Origin: Alphaproteobacteria bacterium
Lineage (GTDB): Bacteria > Pseudomonadota > Alphaproteobacteria > CAAGCB01 > CAG-977
DNA length: 64,000 nucleotides
Direction: 5' to 3'
Assembly (NCBI GenBank): GCA_045587165.1
Contig: JAZNBT010000020.1
Span: forward strand, 20,603 to 84,602
The position numbers were made by a program, and so were the translations under genes. Position 1 is the stretch's first letter; each line of letters begins with the position of its first letter. The notes under the pieces were generated by a model. That model ran no database searches, was not told the origin of the DNA, and saw only the letters and a list, made by a program, of their open reading frames with translations. Positions 1-8,842 of this stretch are shown piece after piece.

Positions 1-1529
1 ATCGTTGCCGTCATCAATCCCCAAAACGGCATCGGAGGAAAAATATAAACGGCATGAGGCAGGCCTGCTGTCGCTTCCGCGAACTTGTTGATCAGTGAAA
101 TACCGGCGGAAGCTGAAATCAAGAAGGGGCCTTCCCATCCGAACGGCATCATGATCGTTCCGGCGGTTAAGGAGGGCATAATCCAAATTCCCGTTATGGA
201 AGAACAAAGCAAATTGCCGATCAAAGAATAAACGGGCAGGCGTTTAAAATGAAAAATTGTAAAAGGAGCCGTCGCGAACGATGCGATGATTGTTGTTAAG
301 GCAATAGCTGTCAGGCAGGAAATAAAATAGAAAAAAAGCCCTTCTCTTTTTGCCAGCAGGCGAGTGTATTTTGCAATACCGGCCTCATAAGAACAGATCA
401 GAGCGATGACTGCGGCAAAAGAAAGTTGAAAACCGGCAGAAAAAAGTGATTCCGGAAAAAACAGCAAAATAAAAAAAGCCGACCAAGATAAAGAAACGAT
501 TGATAACGCGCGGCGGTTGAACAAAATCGCCGTTAAAGCAAAGGCCAGCATAATAAAAGCACGTTGAGCAGGATAAGACGCTCCCGAAATATGCAAATAG
601 GCAAAACAGGTGATCAGCGAAATAACTGCTGCTATTTTCTTTGTATTCCAATACAAAGCGACAGCGGGAATTAAGGCTAACGCCGTTCTGGTAATTGCAA
701 AAACAAGTCCCGCCAACAGAGACATATGCAAGCCGGATACCGACAAGATATGGGCAATGCCTGCGTTTCGATAATGTTCAATGATGTTGAGGGGAATATT
801 CTTGGTATTACCGGTAATTAAGGCCTTTGCTATACCGGCGGTATCGGTCGGCATAACACGATCTATTTTTTGATTGATCAAGCGTCGAACGGCAATCCCG
901 TTCGAGCGTTTCAGAATTTGTAAATCTCCTTGAGCGAATCCGATAGCTCCGATTTGTTGAAAATACAGTAAACGGCTGAAATCAAATCCGGTCGGCGAGT
1001 TCGCCGAATATGGAGGAAAAAGGAAAGCGTCTGTTCTTACGGTATCGTTTATTTGCGGTCTTTTTTGCTCGGTTGACAGGTTCAACCATATTTTCGCAGG
1101 AGATTGCCAGTCAGTAAGAGAATCAATATGAACGTTTGTCAAAATCAGTCGGCTGCGTCCGTCGGGATAGTCCTGAATATCTTGAACAATTCCTGTTACG
1201 GGTAAAATACCCGTTCGTATTTTGATTCGTGGCTGATTTAAGGAAAAAGTGCGCAGTTGGGCAAAAAAAACACCTGAAAAAAATAACGCGATAAATCCGG
1301 CAACAAATAACTTGACCGCGTTTTTGCGACAATCCCAAACAAAAAAGCAGGAGCAAATAAAAAAACAGAATGTTGTCGTTATCAACGGTTCCGTCGGCAG
1401 GGAAAAATAAAAACCTATCCCCGTCGCGAACATAACGGGCAGCCATAAAGCTATGCGGTCTTTTTCCGCAAGGAAAAAACCATTCAGCCAATATCTGAAA
1501 CGATGGCAATAATCAATTAATATCAGCAT
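1..1529 (-). CDS. comEC: DNA internalisation competence protein ComEC/Rec2, 3'-truncated by the window edge (N-terminal ~509 aa present)
   Basis: Manual translation of the minus strand from ATG at 1529 gives one uninterrupted frame running off position 1: MLILIDYCHRFRYWLNGFFLAEKDRIALWLPVMFATGIGFYF...AHILSVSGLHMSLLAGLVF...NLLCSSITGIWIMP, a multi-TM protein with the ComEC-type SGLH motif. The frame is absent from the ORF track because it has no in-window stop. Listed ORFs 385..651 and 1123..1509 are off-frame shadows. Confidence 0.75.
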   Translation of the reverse strand, partial: MLILIDYCHRFRYWLNGFFLAEKDRIALWLPVMFATGIGFYFSLPTEPLITTTFCFFICSCFFVWDCRKNAVKLFVAGFIALFFSGVFFAQLRTFSLNQPRIKIRTGILPVTGIVQDIQDYPDGRSRLILTNVHIDSLTDWQSPAKIWLNLSTEQKRPQINDTVRTDAFLFPPYSANSPTGFDFSRLLYFQQIGAIGFAQGDLQILKRSNGIAVRRLINQKIDRVMPTDTAGIAKALITGNTKNIPLNIIEHYRNAGIAHILSVSGLHMSLLAGLVFAITRTALALIPAVALYWNTKKIAAVISLITCFAYLHISGASYPAQRAFIMLAFALTAILFNRRALSIVSLSWSAFFILLFFPESLFSAGFQLSFAAVIALICSYEAGIAKYTRLLAKREGLFFYFISCLTAIALTTIIASFATAPFTIFHFKRLPVYSLIGNLLCSSITGIWIMPSLTAGTIMMPFGWEGPFLISASAGISLINKFAEATAGLPHAVYIFPPMPFWGLMTAT

Positions 1530-1566
1530 CAAATAATCGGAGTATCATAATGGTTGGTCGGTATTT

Positions 1567-3606
1567 TTAAACCGCGTTGAGCAAATAAGACAAGCGAGCG
1601 TTTTCCAGAAAATCCGGTGAGTACAGCAAGGCGATTTCTTCTTCTTGTGAGAAGTCTGTTTTTATTCCGTAATTGATAAAATTTTCCAGTTTAATGCGTC
1701 CTTGCATCAAGACGTTTTCGTTCGAAGCAGGAGGCGGACCGTTTACCGGCAACATCAAAATATGCAAAGCGTTTAGTTCGGAATCTCGAATAATATCAAT
1801 AACGCCTTGGTCATATATATCGTATCGTTTCAGTTTGGTAAGATTATGATGCGCTTTTTGCAAAACGGACGGGGGATTTAATTCTTCCGGAATGATAAAG
1901 TAGTTATGTTTCTTGGCTTTTAAACCGATTTTCTCACGAGAAGAAAGTACAGATAACGGGATCGAAAAAATTAATCCGATTGTAACGGGAAAAATCCACC
2001 AAAACAGTACGTTGATATAGTTCCAAACGACAAAGCTTGTAATTAAACCTAAAAGGGTATGCCCGAAATGAACCTTTATAGCTGTTTTCCAAGGTGTTCC
2101 CGTTTCATCGCGATTTTGAGGATTCCATCCGACGACCGAACCGAATAAAATGTCAAAAACGAATTTACTTTGGAACATCATCATTATGGGGGCGGTCAGA
2201 ACACTGAATAAAATTTCTGTCAAAACGCTTTTTACGGCGTTGAAAATACCTCCGATATTTTTCGGAATATTATGAGTAATATAGCTGATCAATCCTAAAA
2301 ATTTTGGGAAAAGAAGCATAAACACGGATAATAAAAACAATTCGATTGTTCCGGCTTTATTAAAAACGGGCCATGTCGGAAATAATGAATAACCGGCAGG
2401 GAAATAGCTCGGCGGAATTAAGGCCTTGCCTAACGCTGCCGCAAGGCCTACCAATAAAAAGCACAACCATAACGGTGAAGAAACGTAAGACATAATCCCG
2501 ATTAAAAAATGTATTCGGCTGATAGGATTTAAATTATGGGACAACAATACCTTAATATGCTGCAGATTGCCTTGACACCATCGTCTGTCCCGAATGGCAA
2601 AATCAATCATGCTGGGAGGACATTCTTCATAGCTGCCGCTTAATTCCGGTAACAGCCATGTTCGCCAACCGCCGCGACAGATTAGAGATGCCTCGACAAA
2701 ATCGTGGCTGAGAATATGGCCGCCAAAAGGAGCTTTGCCCGTTAAAACAGGCAGTTTGCAACAATCCATGAATGCTTTAACGCGAATAATCGCATTGTGT
2801 CCCCAATAATTGCTTTCACCGTCTTGCCAATAGGCCGATCCCGTTGCAATGACGCCGCCGTATACTTTTCCGGCGAATTGTTGGATTCGAGCAAATAAAG
2901 AATTTCTGTTGATGCACAGCGGCGGAGCCTGAATAATGCCGGTGTCTGTGTTAATTTGCATAAGTTGCGCCATTTTCAGCATTGTTTGACCGGATAACAA
3001 GCTGTCGGCATCCAAAATAATCATAAAATCGTACGAACTTCCCCATTTGTTACAGAAATCTTCGATATTTCCGCTTTTGCGGGCGGTATTTTGTACGCGT
3101 CGACGATAATATAAACGAATATTTTGCGGCAAACGGCGCTGTGTTTCCAACCAGATTTTTTCTTCTTTTACCCAAATTTTAGGGTTTGTCGTATCGCTGA
3201 GAACAAATATGTCAAAATGTTCGCTTTGTTCGGTTTGTTCCAATTCTTGAACCATAGCTAGTAGATTCGCATAAACTTTAACGGGGTCTTCGTTGTAAAT
3301 AGGCATTAATACAGCCGTTTTGCCGGCAAGAAGGATGTCATCATTCGCCCATTTTAACCCGATTATTTTTTTGCGACGCATTTGCTCAAAAAAGCCGAAT
3401 AAACTTGACAAAAAGAACAAAGAAATCCAACCGAAAGTAAGGCTGAATAAAGAAATCATCAATGCTTTTGTATAAACATAAGAATCGTTCGGAATGACCG
3501 TAATCCATTTTAATGTGGCGAGCAATGTGCTGAAAGCGGATAATCCGAAAACCGTGCATCGTCGACGAAAAATTTGTCGTTTTGTAACGGGAACAAATTC
3601 TTTCAT
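1567..3606 (-). CDS. opgH: Osmoregulated periplasmic glucan glucosyltransferase H (GT2, MdoH/OpgH)
   Basis: 679 aa multi-TM protein with GT2 DxD (MIILDADSLL) and QxxRW-like (RDRRWCQGNLQH) motifs. Same operon as the opgG-like gene. Confidence 0.88.
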   Translation of the reverse strand: MKEFVPVTKRQIFRRRCTVFGLSAFSTLLATLKWITVIPNDSYVYTKALMISLFSLTFGWISLFFLSSLFGFFEQMRRKKIIGLKWANDDILLAGKTAVLMPIYNEDPVKVYANLLAMVQELEQTEQSEHFDIFVLSDTTNPKIWVKEEKIWLETQRRLPQNIRLYYRRRVQNTARKSGNIEDFCNKWGSSYDFMIILDADSLLSGQTMLKMAQLMQINTDTGIIQAPPLCINRNSLFARIQQFAGKVYGGVIATGSAYWQDGESNYWGHNAIIRVKAFMDCCKLPVLTGKAPFGGHILSHDFVEASLICRGGWRTWLLPELSGSYEECPPSMIDFAIRDRRWCQGNLQHIKVLLSHNLNPISRIHFLIGIMSYVSSPLWLCFLLVGLAAALGKALIPPSYFPAGYSLFPTWPVFNKAGTIELFLLSVFMLLFPKFLGLISYITHNIPKNIGGIFNAVKSVLTEILFSVLTAPIMMMFQSKFVFDILFGSVVGWNPQNRDETGTPWKTAIKVHFGHTLLGLITSFVVWNYINVLFWWIFPVTIGLIFSIPLSVLSSREKIGLKAKKHNYFIIPEELNPPSVLQKAHHNLTKLKRYDIYDQGVIDIIRDSELNALHILMLPVNGPPPASNENVLMQGRIKLENFINYGIKTDFSQEEEIALLYSPDFLENARLSYLLNAV

Positions 3607-3607
3607 T

Positions 3608-4051
3608 TCATTTTCCTTTCTTTAAGCAGGAAAAAAAACTATCAAGCCAATGAGCCTCATCAATTATTTGCGGTTTCATGGGGCTAAATCGGTATTCGGG
3701 AGCGTTGATGATCGGGAGGCTTTGCATCTCCAGTGTCAATTTTGGCGGAAGTTTTCTTTGTATAAGGTTTTTAACGGTACAGGTTTCTGCTCCGTTCAAA
3801 AAAGAGAAAAGCAATTTAAAGTAAGCAACGGTTTGTTTTTTCTCAAAAGGAAGGTTATTAAAAATCGTTAATGCGTTATCAAATAAAATTTCATCGGCAT
3901 TGCAGATTAATTCTTCCGCCGTTTCCGTTTGTACGTTCGCTACTTGTAAAAAAAATGAAACGTCATCGTCCGTTAATGACTCCGGATACCCGAGCATTTG
4001 CAAATAAGCACGTGTTACGTCACGTAGACTTTGGATTTTTATGGCAGCCAT
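3608..4051 (-). CDS. Hypothetical soluble protein translationally coupled between opgG and opgH
   Basis: 147 aa ORF. Its start overlaps the opgG stop by 13 nt and its TGA is 1 nt from the opgH ATG. No TM segment and no recognisable motif. Confidence 0.45.
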   Translation of the reverse strand: MAAIKIQSLRDVTRAYLQMLGYPESLTDDDVSFFLQVANVQTETAEELICNADEILFDNALTIFNNLPFEKKQTVAYFKLLFSFLNGAETCTVKNLIQRKLPPKLTLEMQSLPIINAPEYRFSPMKPQIIDEAHWLDSFFSCLKKGK

Positions 4052-5625
4052 TGGTAGCTCCAGATTTCGGAAATATGACGGCCCTTTTTGACAACAGAGG
4101 CTCTTAATTCCGAAATTTTGCCGTTGGGTTTGAAGTCAATGTATGCTGTCAGACCGCCTGTTGCCGGATTATATACAAGCTGTTTTTGAAAAATATTGCC
4201 TTCGCTGGCGGAAGTCTCTAAAATGGCGATTCCTTTTTCAACCTCGTCTTGCATATTCAGAATGTCAAAATCAATAACGAATTTACGTATGTCCGTTTTT
4301 TGTCCGCCCGAAATGCCGCCGATACCTGTTCTGGTCGCGGTGATAGACCCTTGTTTTTTTTCTACGGGCAATTCGGAAAACCAATACAAATTATATGTAT
4401 AACTTAATTCTTGGCCTGCAGTAATTTTTTTATCAGGAATCCAATAAGCGACAATATTGTCGTGAATTTCCTTGTCCGAAGGGATTTCAACAAGTTCTAC
4501 GACACCTTTACCCCATTCGCCGACAGGTTCAACCCAGACGCTCGGACGTTGTTCGTAACGGGCTTCAAAATCCAAATAGTTGGAGATTTCCCGATCCCTT
4601 TGCAACAGTCCGAATCCTTTGGGATTTTTATCCGCAAAATCACTGATACGCAAATGACGCGCATTGTCTAAAGGACGCCACAGCCATTCATCGTTTGCAT
4701 TTAAAATCAGTAGACCGTCGCTATCATGGACTTCGGGGCGGAAATCATCAATTTTATTTTTTGTGTTTTCACCAAATAAGTACATAGATGTTAACGGGGC
4801 TATTCCGAGTTTGCTGATTTCTTTTCTGGCAAACAAACGAACTTCAACCTGTATGACTGTTTCCGTACCCGGTGTAACAATGAATTTATAAGCCCCTGTT
4901 ATGCTAGGGCTGTCTAATAAGGCATAAATGACAGCGAAATTATTATGCCATCTGGGGCGTTGAAGCCAAAATTCCTTGAAAACAGGAAATTCTTCTCCTG
5001 TTTGAATGGCCGTATTTATGGCCAATCCTCGAGCGGATATGCCGTATTTATGTCCTTTGCCGAGAGCGCGAAAATAGCTAGCTCCGAGGAAAGAAACCAA
5101 TTCGTCGAAATAATCATTCGTATTTAAAGGATAGTGCAATCTAAAGCCGGCGTAACCGATGTTTGTCAAATGTTCCGAATTAAATCGGTTGTGGCCGAAA
5201 TTAAAAAAATCAGGCGAATAGGCTAGCGGATAAAATTTATCATGAAAGTTATCATTAATAATTTCATTAATTTTAACGGAATTTTGAAATAAGCCGCCAA
5301 TGTGAAAAAATTGGACTTCAAAAGGTTTGTTTGTTCCGAACCAAGGGCCTTTTTCCCGTTTAAATCGTATTGAGCGATATTTATCGTAATCTATATTTTG
5401 CAACTCTGGCGGCAGTTTTTGTTCTGAAGGTGCAAAAGGAAGTTCGGATAAGGTCCTGGCTTTGGAAATTACTTTTTCAAAACAGAATGAATTTTCAGAT
5501 TGATCTATAGCGGTTAGAGATCTTTCTATTTTATAGTTTTTGTAAAAATCGGGTCCCTTTACGACGATATACAAGATCAATACCGTCAAAAAAACATTCG
5601 CTATGTATCTTATCCGTTTTTTCAT
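4039..5625 (-). CDS. opgG: Periplasmic glucan biosynthesis protein, MdoG/OpgG (OpgD) family
   Basis: 528 aa with an N-terminal signal/anchor (MKKRIRYIANVFLTVLILYIVV). Family-typical size and position immediately upstream of opgH. Confidence 0.8.
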   Translation of the reverse strand: MKKRIRYIANVFLTVLILYIVVKGPDFYKNYKIERSLTAIDQSENSFCFEKVISKARTLSELPFAPSEQKLPPELQNIDYDKYRSIRFKREKGPWFGTNKPFEVQFFHIGGLFQNSVKINEIINDNFHDKFYPLAYSPDFFNFGHNRFNSEHLTNIGYAGFRLHYPLNTNDYFDELVSFLGASYFRALGKGHKYGISARGLAINTAIQTGEEFPVFKEFWLQRPRWHNNFAVIYALLDSPSITGAYKFIVTPGTETVIQVEVRLFARKEISKLGIAPLTSMYLFGENTKNKIDDFRPEVHDSDGLLILNANDEWLWRPLDNARHLRISDFADKNPKGFGLLQRDREISNYLDFEARYEQRPSVWVEPVGEWGKGVVELVEIPSDKEIHDNIVAYWIPDKKITAGQELSYTYNLYWFSELPVEKKQGSITATRTGIGGISGGQKTDIRKFVIDFDILNMQDEVEKGIAILETSASEGNIFQKQLVYNPATGGLTAYIDFKPNGKISELRASVVKKGRHISEIWSYQWLP

Positions 5626-5821
5626 TTGTTTTCTCGAAATATCGATGCTTTTTTATGCGGTAGAAGCATACCATGGTTGAGGATTTTAATAATAGTCAGT
5701 TATCCTTCCGGATCGCATTTTATAGTGTCTTTTTTGGATTTAAATTAGGCAAAATAATATGATGAAGTCAATCTTTTTCGGATCTGTTACGATTTTTACG
5801 ACAATTGTGTCAGTCGTTCTT

Positions 5822-5853
5822 AAATAAAATAAAGGGGGAAAACATTTCCCCCT
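5822..5853 (-). terminator. Intrinsic terminator downstream of the P-type ATPase gene
   Basis: Hairpin gggggaaa-acat-ttccccc (5834-5852) followed, in minus-strand sense, by a U-rich tract. Confidence 0.55.
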
Positions 5854-5867
5854 TTTTCTCTAAGATT

Positions 5868-8525
5868 TTATTTCTTTTCTTTTAGTTTTTGACGAATTGT
5901 CAAAACGGCTTTGAAAAGCTCCGATGCAACAATAACGGTTGCGGAAAGTCCGATAATTTTCAACCACATTTCCGCGGGCAGAGGAACCGTTCCGAAAATA
6001 TAACCGCCGTACTGGCTGATGACATACTGCAACAGGAATGTCGCGACAAAAGCGATCAGCATCAGTTTGTTGTCAAAGAAATGCTTTAATATGCTGGCAT
6101 GAGTCAATTCTCTGCAGGCAAAAGCGTTCATCAGCTGGAACATGACAAACAGCGTAAACAATATTGTGCGTTGTTGACCTTCCGTGCCGCCCAAAATGTT
6201 TTGAGTGGTTTGCAACATGAAAACAGCGGAAATGAACAAGCCGTTGAAAATGATTCTGGCCAACATTTCTTTGGTGACGATACTTGCGTCACGCGGTGTC
6301 GGTTTGTTGTCCATCAATGTACTGCGGATCGGTTCCAGACTGAGTGTTAAAGCGGGAGGACCGTCCATGATCAGGTTCACCCACAACAGCTGTAACGCAG
6401 TAAACGGCGTCGGGAAACCGGCCAAGAGAGAGACTAAAACAACAATAACGGAAGATAGATTGACCGTCAGCTGGAATAAAATGAAACGTTGGAAGTTTTC
6501 ATAAATTCCGCGTCCCCATTGAATGGCTTTGACAATCGTTGAGAATGAATCGTCCAGTAAAACGACATCGCTGGCTTCTTTGGAAACTTCCGTTCCGGAA
6601 ATGCCCATCGCCAGTCCGATGTCGGCGTTTTTAATCGCAGGCGCATCGTTAATCCCGTCGCCGGTAACGGCGACAACGCACTTCATCGCTTTTAACGCTT
6701 TGACGACGCGCATTTTAATGACGGGCGTGCTACGGGCGATAACGCGGATCTTGGGAAGAAGATCGGACAATTCTTTTTCGTCAAGGGCGTCAATGTCTTT
6801 GGCTTCCAGAGCGATATGATTGTCATCCAGCAAAGACAAATCATTGGCGATCGCTTTGGCGGTAATGATATTGTCTCCGGTCAGCATCTTGATATCGATG
6901 CCTGCTTTGCGGCAATTGCGTACGGCATCATAAACTTCTTTACGCAACGGATCGGCAATCGCGGTAAAACCGTCAAATGTCAGACCGCTTTCAACGGTTT
7001 TGCGCTGTGTTTCGAAATCGGGGCATGTGTCCATATTTTTATGGGCAAAGCCGATGACGCGGCAAGCTTTTTCCTGAAAAGCGATGATCTGTTCTTCGTA
7101 TTTTTTCCGTTCCTCGGGATCTAAAGAACACATGGACAGAATTTTTTCAGGACTTCCTTTCGTATAAACGGTGTAACCGTTTTCACTGCGGACGACTGTC
7201 GTCATATTCTTCGTTTCCGAAGAAAACGGATAGACATGTGCGATTCCGAACGACTTGCGGGTCTGTTGATAATCTTTTCCGGCTTTGTCCACGGCAACCA
7301 AAAGAGCACATTCCGTCGGATTGCCGATAAACGTATAGGCATTGTTTTCAATGCCGATATCCGCCGTGGAATTTAAACAGAAGTTTTCCAGTAAAGCCGT
7401 ATCCGTTACTTCGTTAGGTTGTTTTAAAACGCCGTGTTCGCAAACCTGTTGGACGGTCATCCTGTTTTCGGTCAATGTTCCCGTTTTATCCGAACAAATG
7501 ACGTTAATGCAGCCGATCGTTTCGCAGGCGATCATTTTTTTGACCAAAGCGTTTTCCTTGGACATTTTAATAATATTGATTGCCAGACAGATCGCGACGG
7601 TTGTCGGCAATCCTTCGGGGACGGCGGCGACAATCAGAACAATACTGGTGATGAAAGCTTCCGAAATATTATGCAGGTTTGCCGTTCCGTTCGAAATGAA
7701 CAAGCCCAGTTGGATCAAAAAGGCTAATGAGGCCATGGATATGCCCCAAATGGCAATAATGCTTCCTAAATGAGCCAGCTTTTCCTGCAGCGGCGTCATG
7801 CTTTTTTCCGTAGAGGACAATTCTTTGGCAATTTGGCCGAATTCCGTTTCGTTGCCGACCGCCGTCACGATCATCGTTCCGGATCCGGCCGTGACAAACG
7901 TTCCGGAATAAAGCATGTTGGTTCTGTCCGCCAAGGGTGTCTTCAGGTCGGGAAAAACGGCTTCGGCGTCTTTTTTAACGGCTTCGCTTTCGCCTGTTAA
8001 GGAAGCTTCTTCCACACGCAGATCGGTACTTTCCAACAAACGACCGTCTGCGGGTATCTTGGCCCCCGTTTCCAGACAGACGATATCGCCGACGACAATG
8101 TCTTTTTGATTGATCAGGCGAACTTTTCCGTTTCTGAGAACTTTGGCGGAAATGTCGTCTTTCATTTTATTGAGGGCTTCAAACGCTTTGGCGCTTTTCC
8201 CTTCCATAATCAGAGAAATGGCGACGGAAAGAGAAATAGCGACAAGAATTCCCACACATTCTATGTATTCCGTTTCATCGCCGTTTAAACCGCGGGCATA
8301 ATTAACGCCGAATGCGATAATCGCGGCGATGACCAACATCAGAACCATCGGTTCGGTTAAATTGTTCCAAATCTTTTTCATCAAAGATTCTTGCGGCGGA
8401 CGGGATAATTGGTTCGTACCGAAACGAACGGCGTTGTCAACCGCCTGTTCTTCGGACAGTCCTTTTTGTTCCGAAACGCCCAGCTCATCGAGTACTTGCT
8501 GTTTGGTCTTTGTAAAAGCGTCCAT
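5868..8525 (-). CDS. P-type cation-transporting ATPase, type II (Ca2+/Mn2+-type, PMR1/SERCA-like)
   Basis: 885 aa with DKTGTLT phosphorylation motif, TGDN, GDGINDAPA hinge and a PEGLP TM4 motif. PEGLP indicates Ca/Mn-type rather than heavy-metal CPC or MgtA PEMLP. Confidence 0.88.
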   Translation of the reverse strand: MDAFTKTKQQVLDELGVSEQKGLSEEQAVDNAVRFGTNQLSRPPQESLMKKIWNNLTEPMVLMLVIAAIIAFGVNYARGLNGDETEYIECVGILVAISLSVAISLIMEGKSAKAFEALNKMKDDISAKVLRNGKVRLINQKDIVVGDIVCLETGAKIPADGRLLESTDLRVEEASLTGESEAVKKDAEAVFPDLKTPLADRTNMLYSGTFVTAGSGTMIVTAVGNETEFGQIAKELSSTEKSMTPLQEKLAHLGSIIAIWGISMASLAFLIQLGLFISNGTANLHNISEAFITSIVLIVAAVPEGLPTTVAICLAINIIKMSKENALVKKMIACETIGCINVICSDKTGTLTENRMTVQQVCEHGVLKQPNEVTDTALLENFCLNSTADIGIENNAYTFIGNPTECALLVAVDKAGKDYQQTRKSFGIAHVYPFSSETKNMTTVVRSENGYTVYTKGSPEKILSMCSLDPEERKKYEEQIIAFQEKACRVIGFAHKNMDTCPDFETQRKTVESGLTFDGFTAIADPLRKEVYDAVRNCRKAGIDIKMLTGDNIITAKAIANDLSLLDDNHIALEAKDIDALDEKELSDLLPKIRVIARSTPVIKMRVVKALKAMKCVVAVTGDGINDAPAIKNADIGLAMGISGTEVSKEASDVVLLDDSFSTIVKAIQWGRGIYENFQRFILFQLTVNLSSVIVVLVSLLAGFPTPFTALQLLWVNLIMDGPPALTLSLEPIRSTLMDNKPTPRDASIVTKEMLARIIFNGLFISAVFMLQTTQNILGGTEGQQRTILFTLFVMFQLMNAFACRELTHASILKHFFDNKLMLIAFVATFLLQYVISQYGGYIFGTVPLPAEMWLKIIGLSATVIVASELFKAVLTIRQKLKEKK

Positions 8526-8544
8526 AAAGTTACCTCTTTAACAT

Positions 8545-8680
8545 TTAAAAAAGACTCGTGTACGAACTGAAAAAAGTTCAGCCTGTACATGAGTCTTGTT
8601 CTTTAAGACAAGCCAGACCGACATTGCAGTCACGATGTTGACTTGCCACACACGAAACCGTGTGCAAACTACTCCCTCAT
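8545..8680 (-). ncRNA. Putative yybP-ykoY-type (Mn2+) riboswitch with terminator/attenuator hairpin in the ATPase leader
   Basis: Minus-strand leader contains GAGGGAGUAG and CAAGUCAACAU, which resemble the hallmark conserved blocks of the yybP-ykoY motif. It also has several stem-loops (cacacg/cgtgtg, cttgt/acaag). The last is a long hairpin (gactcatgtacag...tacacgagtc) followed by UUUUUU immediately before the RBS AAAGAGG and the ATG at 8525. A candidate TTGACT-18-TATTAT promoter lies at about 8686-8720. Confidence 0.5.
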
Positions 8681-8778
8681 AGGGCGTATAAATAATAAGG
8701 TAAGAAAACAAGGCAAGTCAAATAAAAAGAATATAAAGGATTTTTAGGAATTTTTTGGAAATTTTGTCTAAAATTTAA

Positions 8779-8813
8779 TTGACTCTCAAGCGGATTTTTT
8801 GCTATCTTGTAAG
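8779..8813 (+). promoter_or_regulatory. Candidate sigma70 promoter for the 836-aa orphan gene
   Basis: TTGACT - 18 nt - TATCTT upstream of RBS AAAGGA and the ATG at 8843. Confidence 0.3.
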
Positions 8814-8842
8814 GAAAATAATGATAAAAGGATGTTGTTTCC

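Noticed and set aside
385-1509. Listed minus-strand ORFs 385..651 and 1123..1509 looked like fragments of a frameshifted membrane-protein pseudogene
   Set aside because: Re-translating the region shows one continuous ComEC frame (start 1529) in a different frame. The listed ORFs are overlapping off-frame artefacts, so there is no pseudogene.
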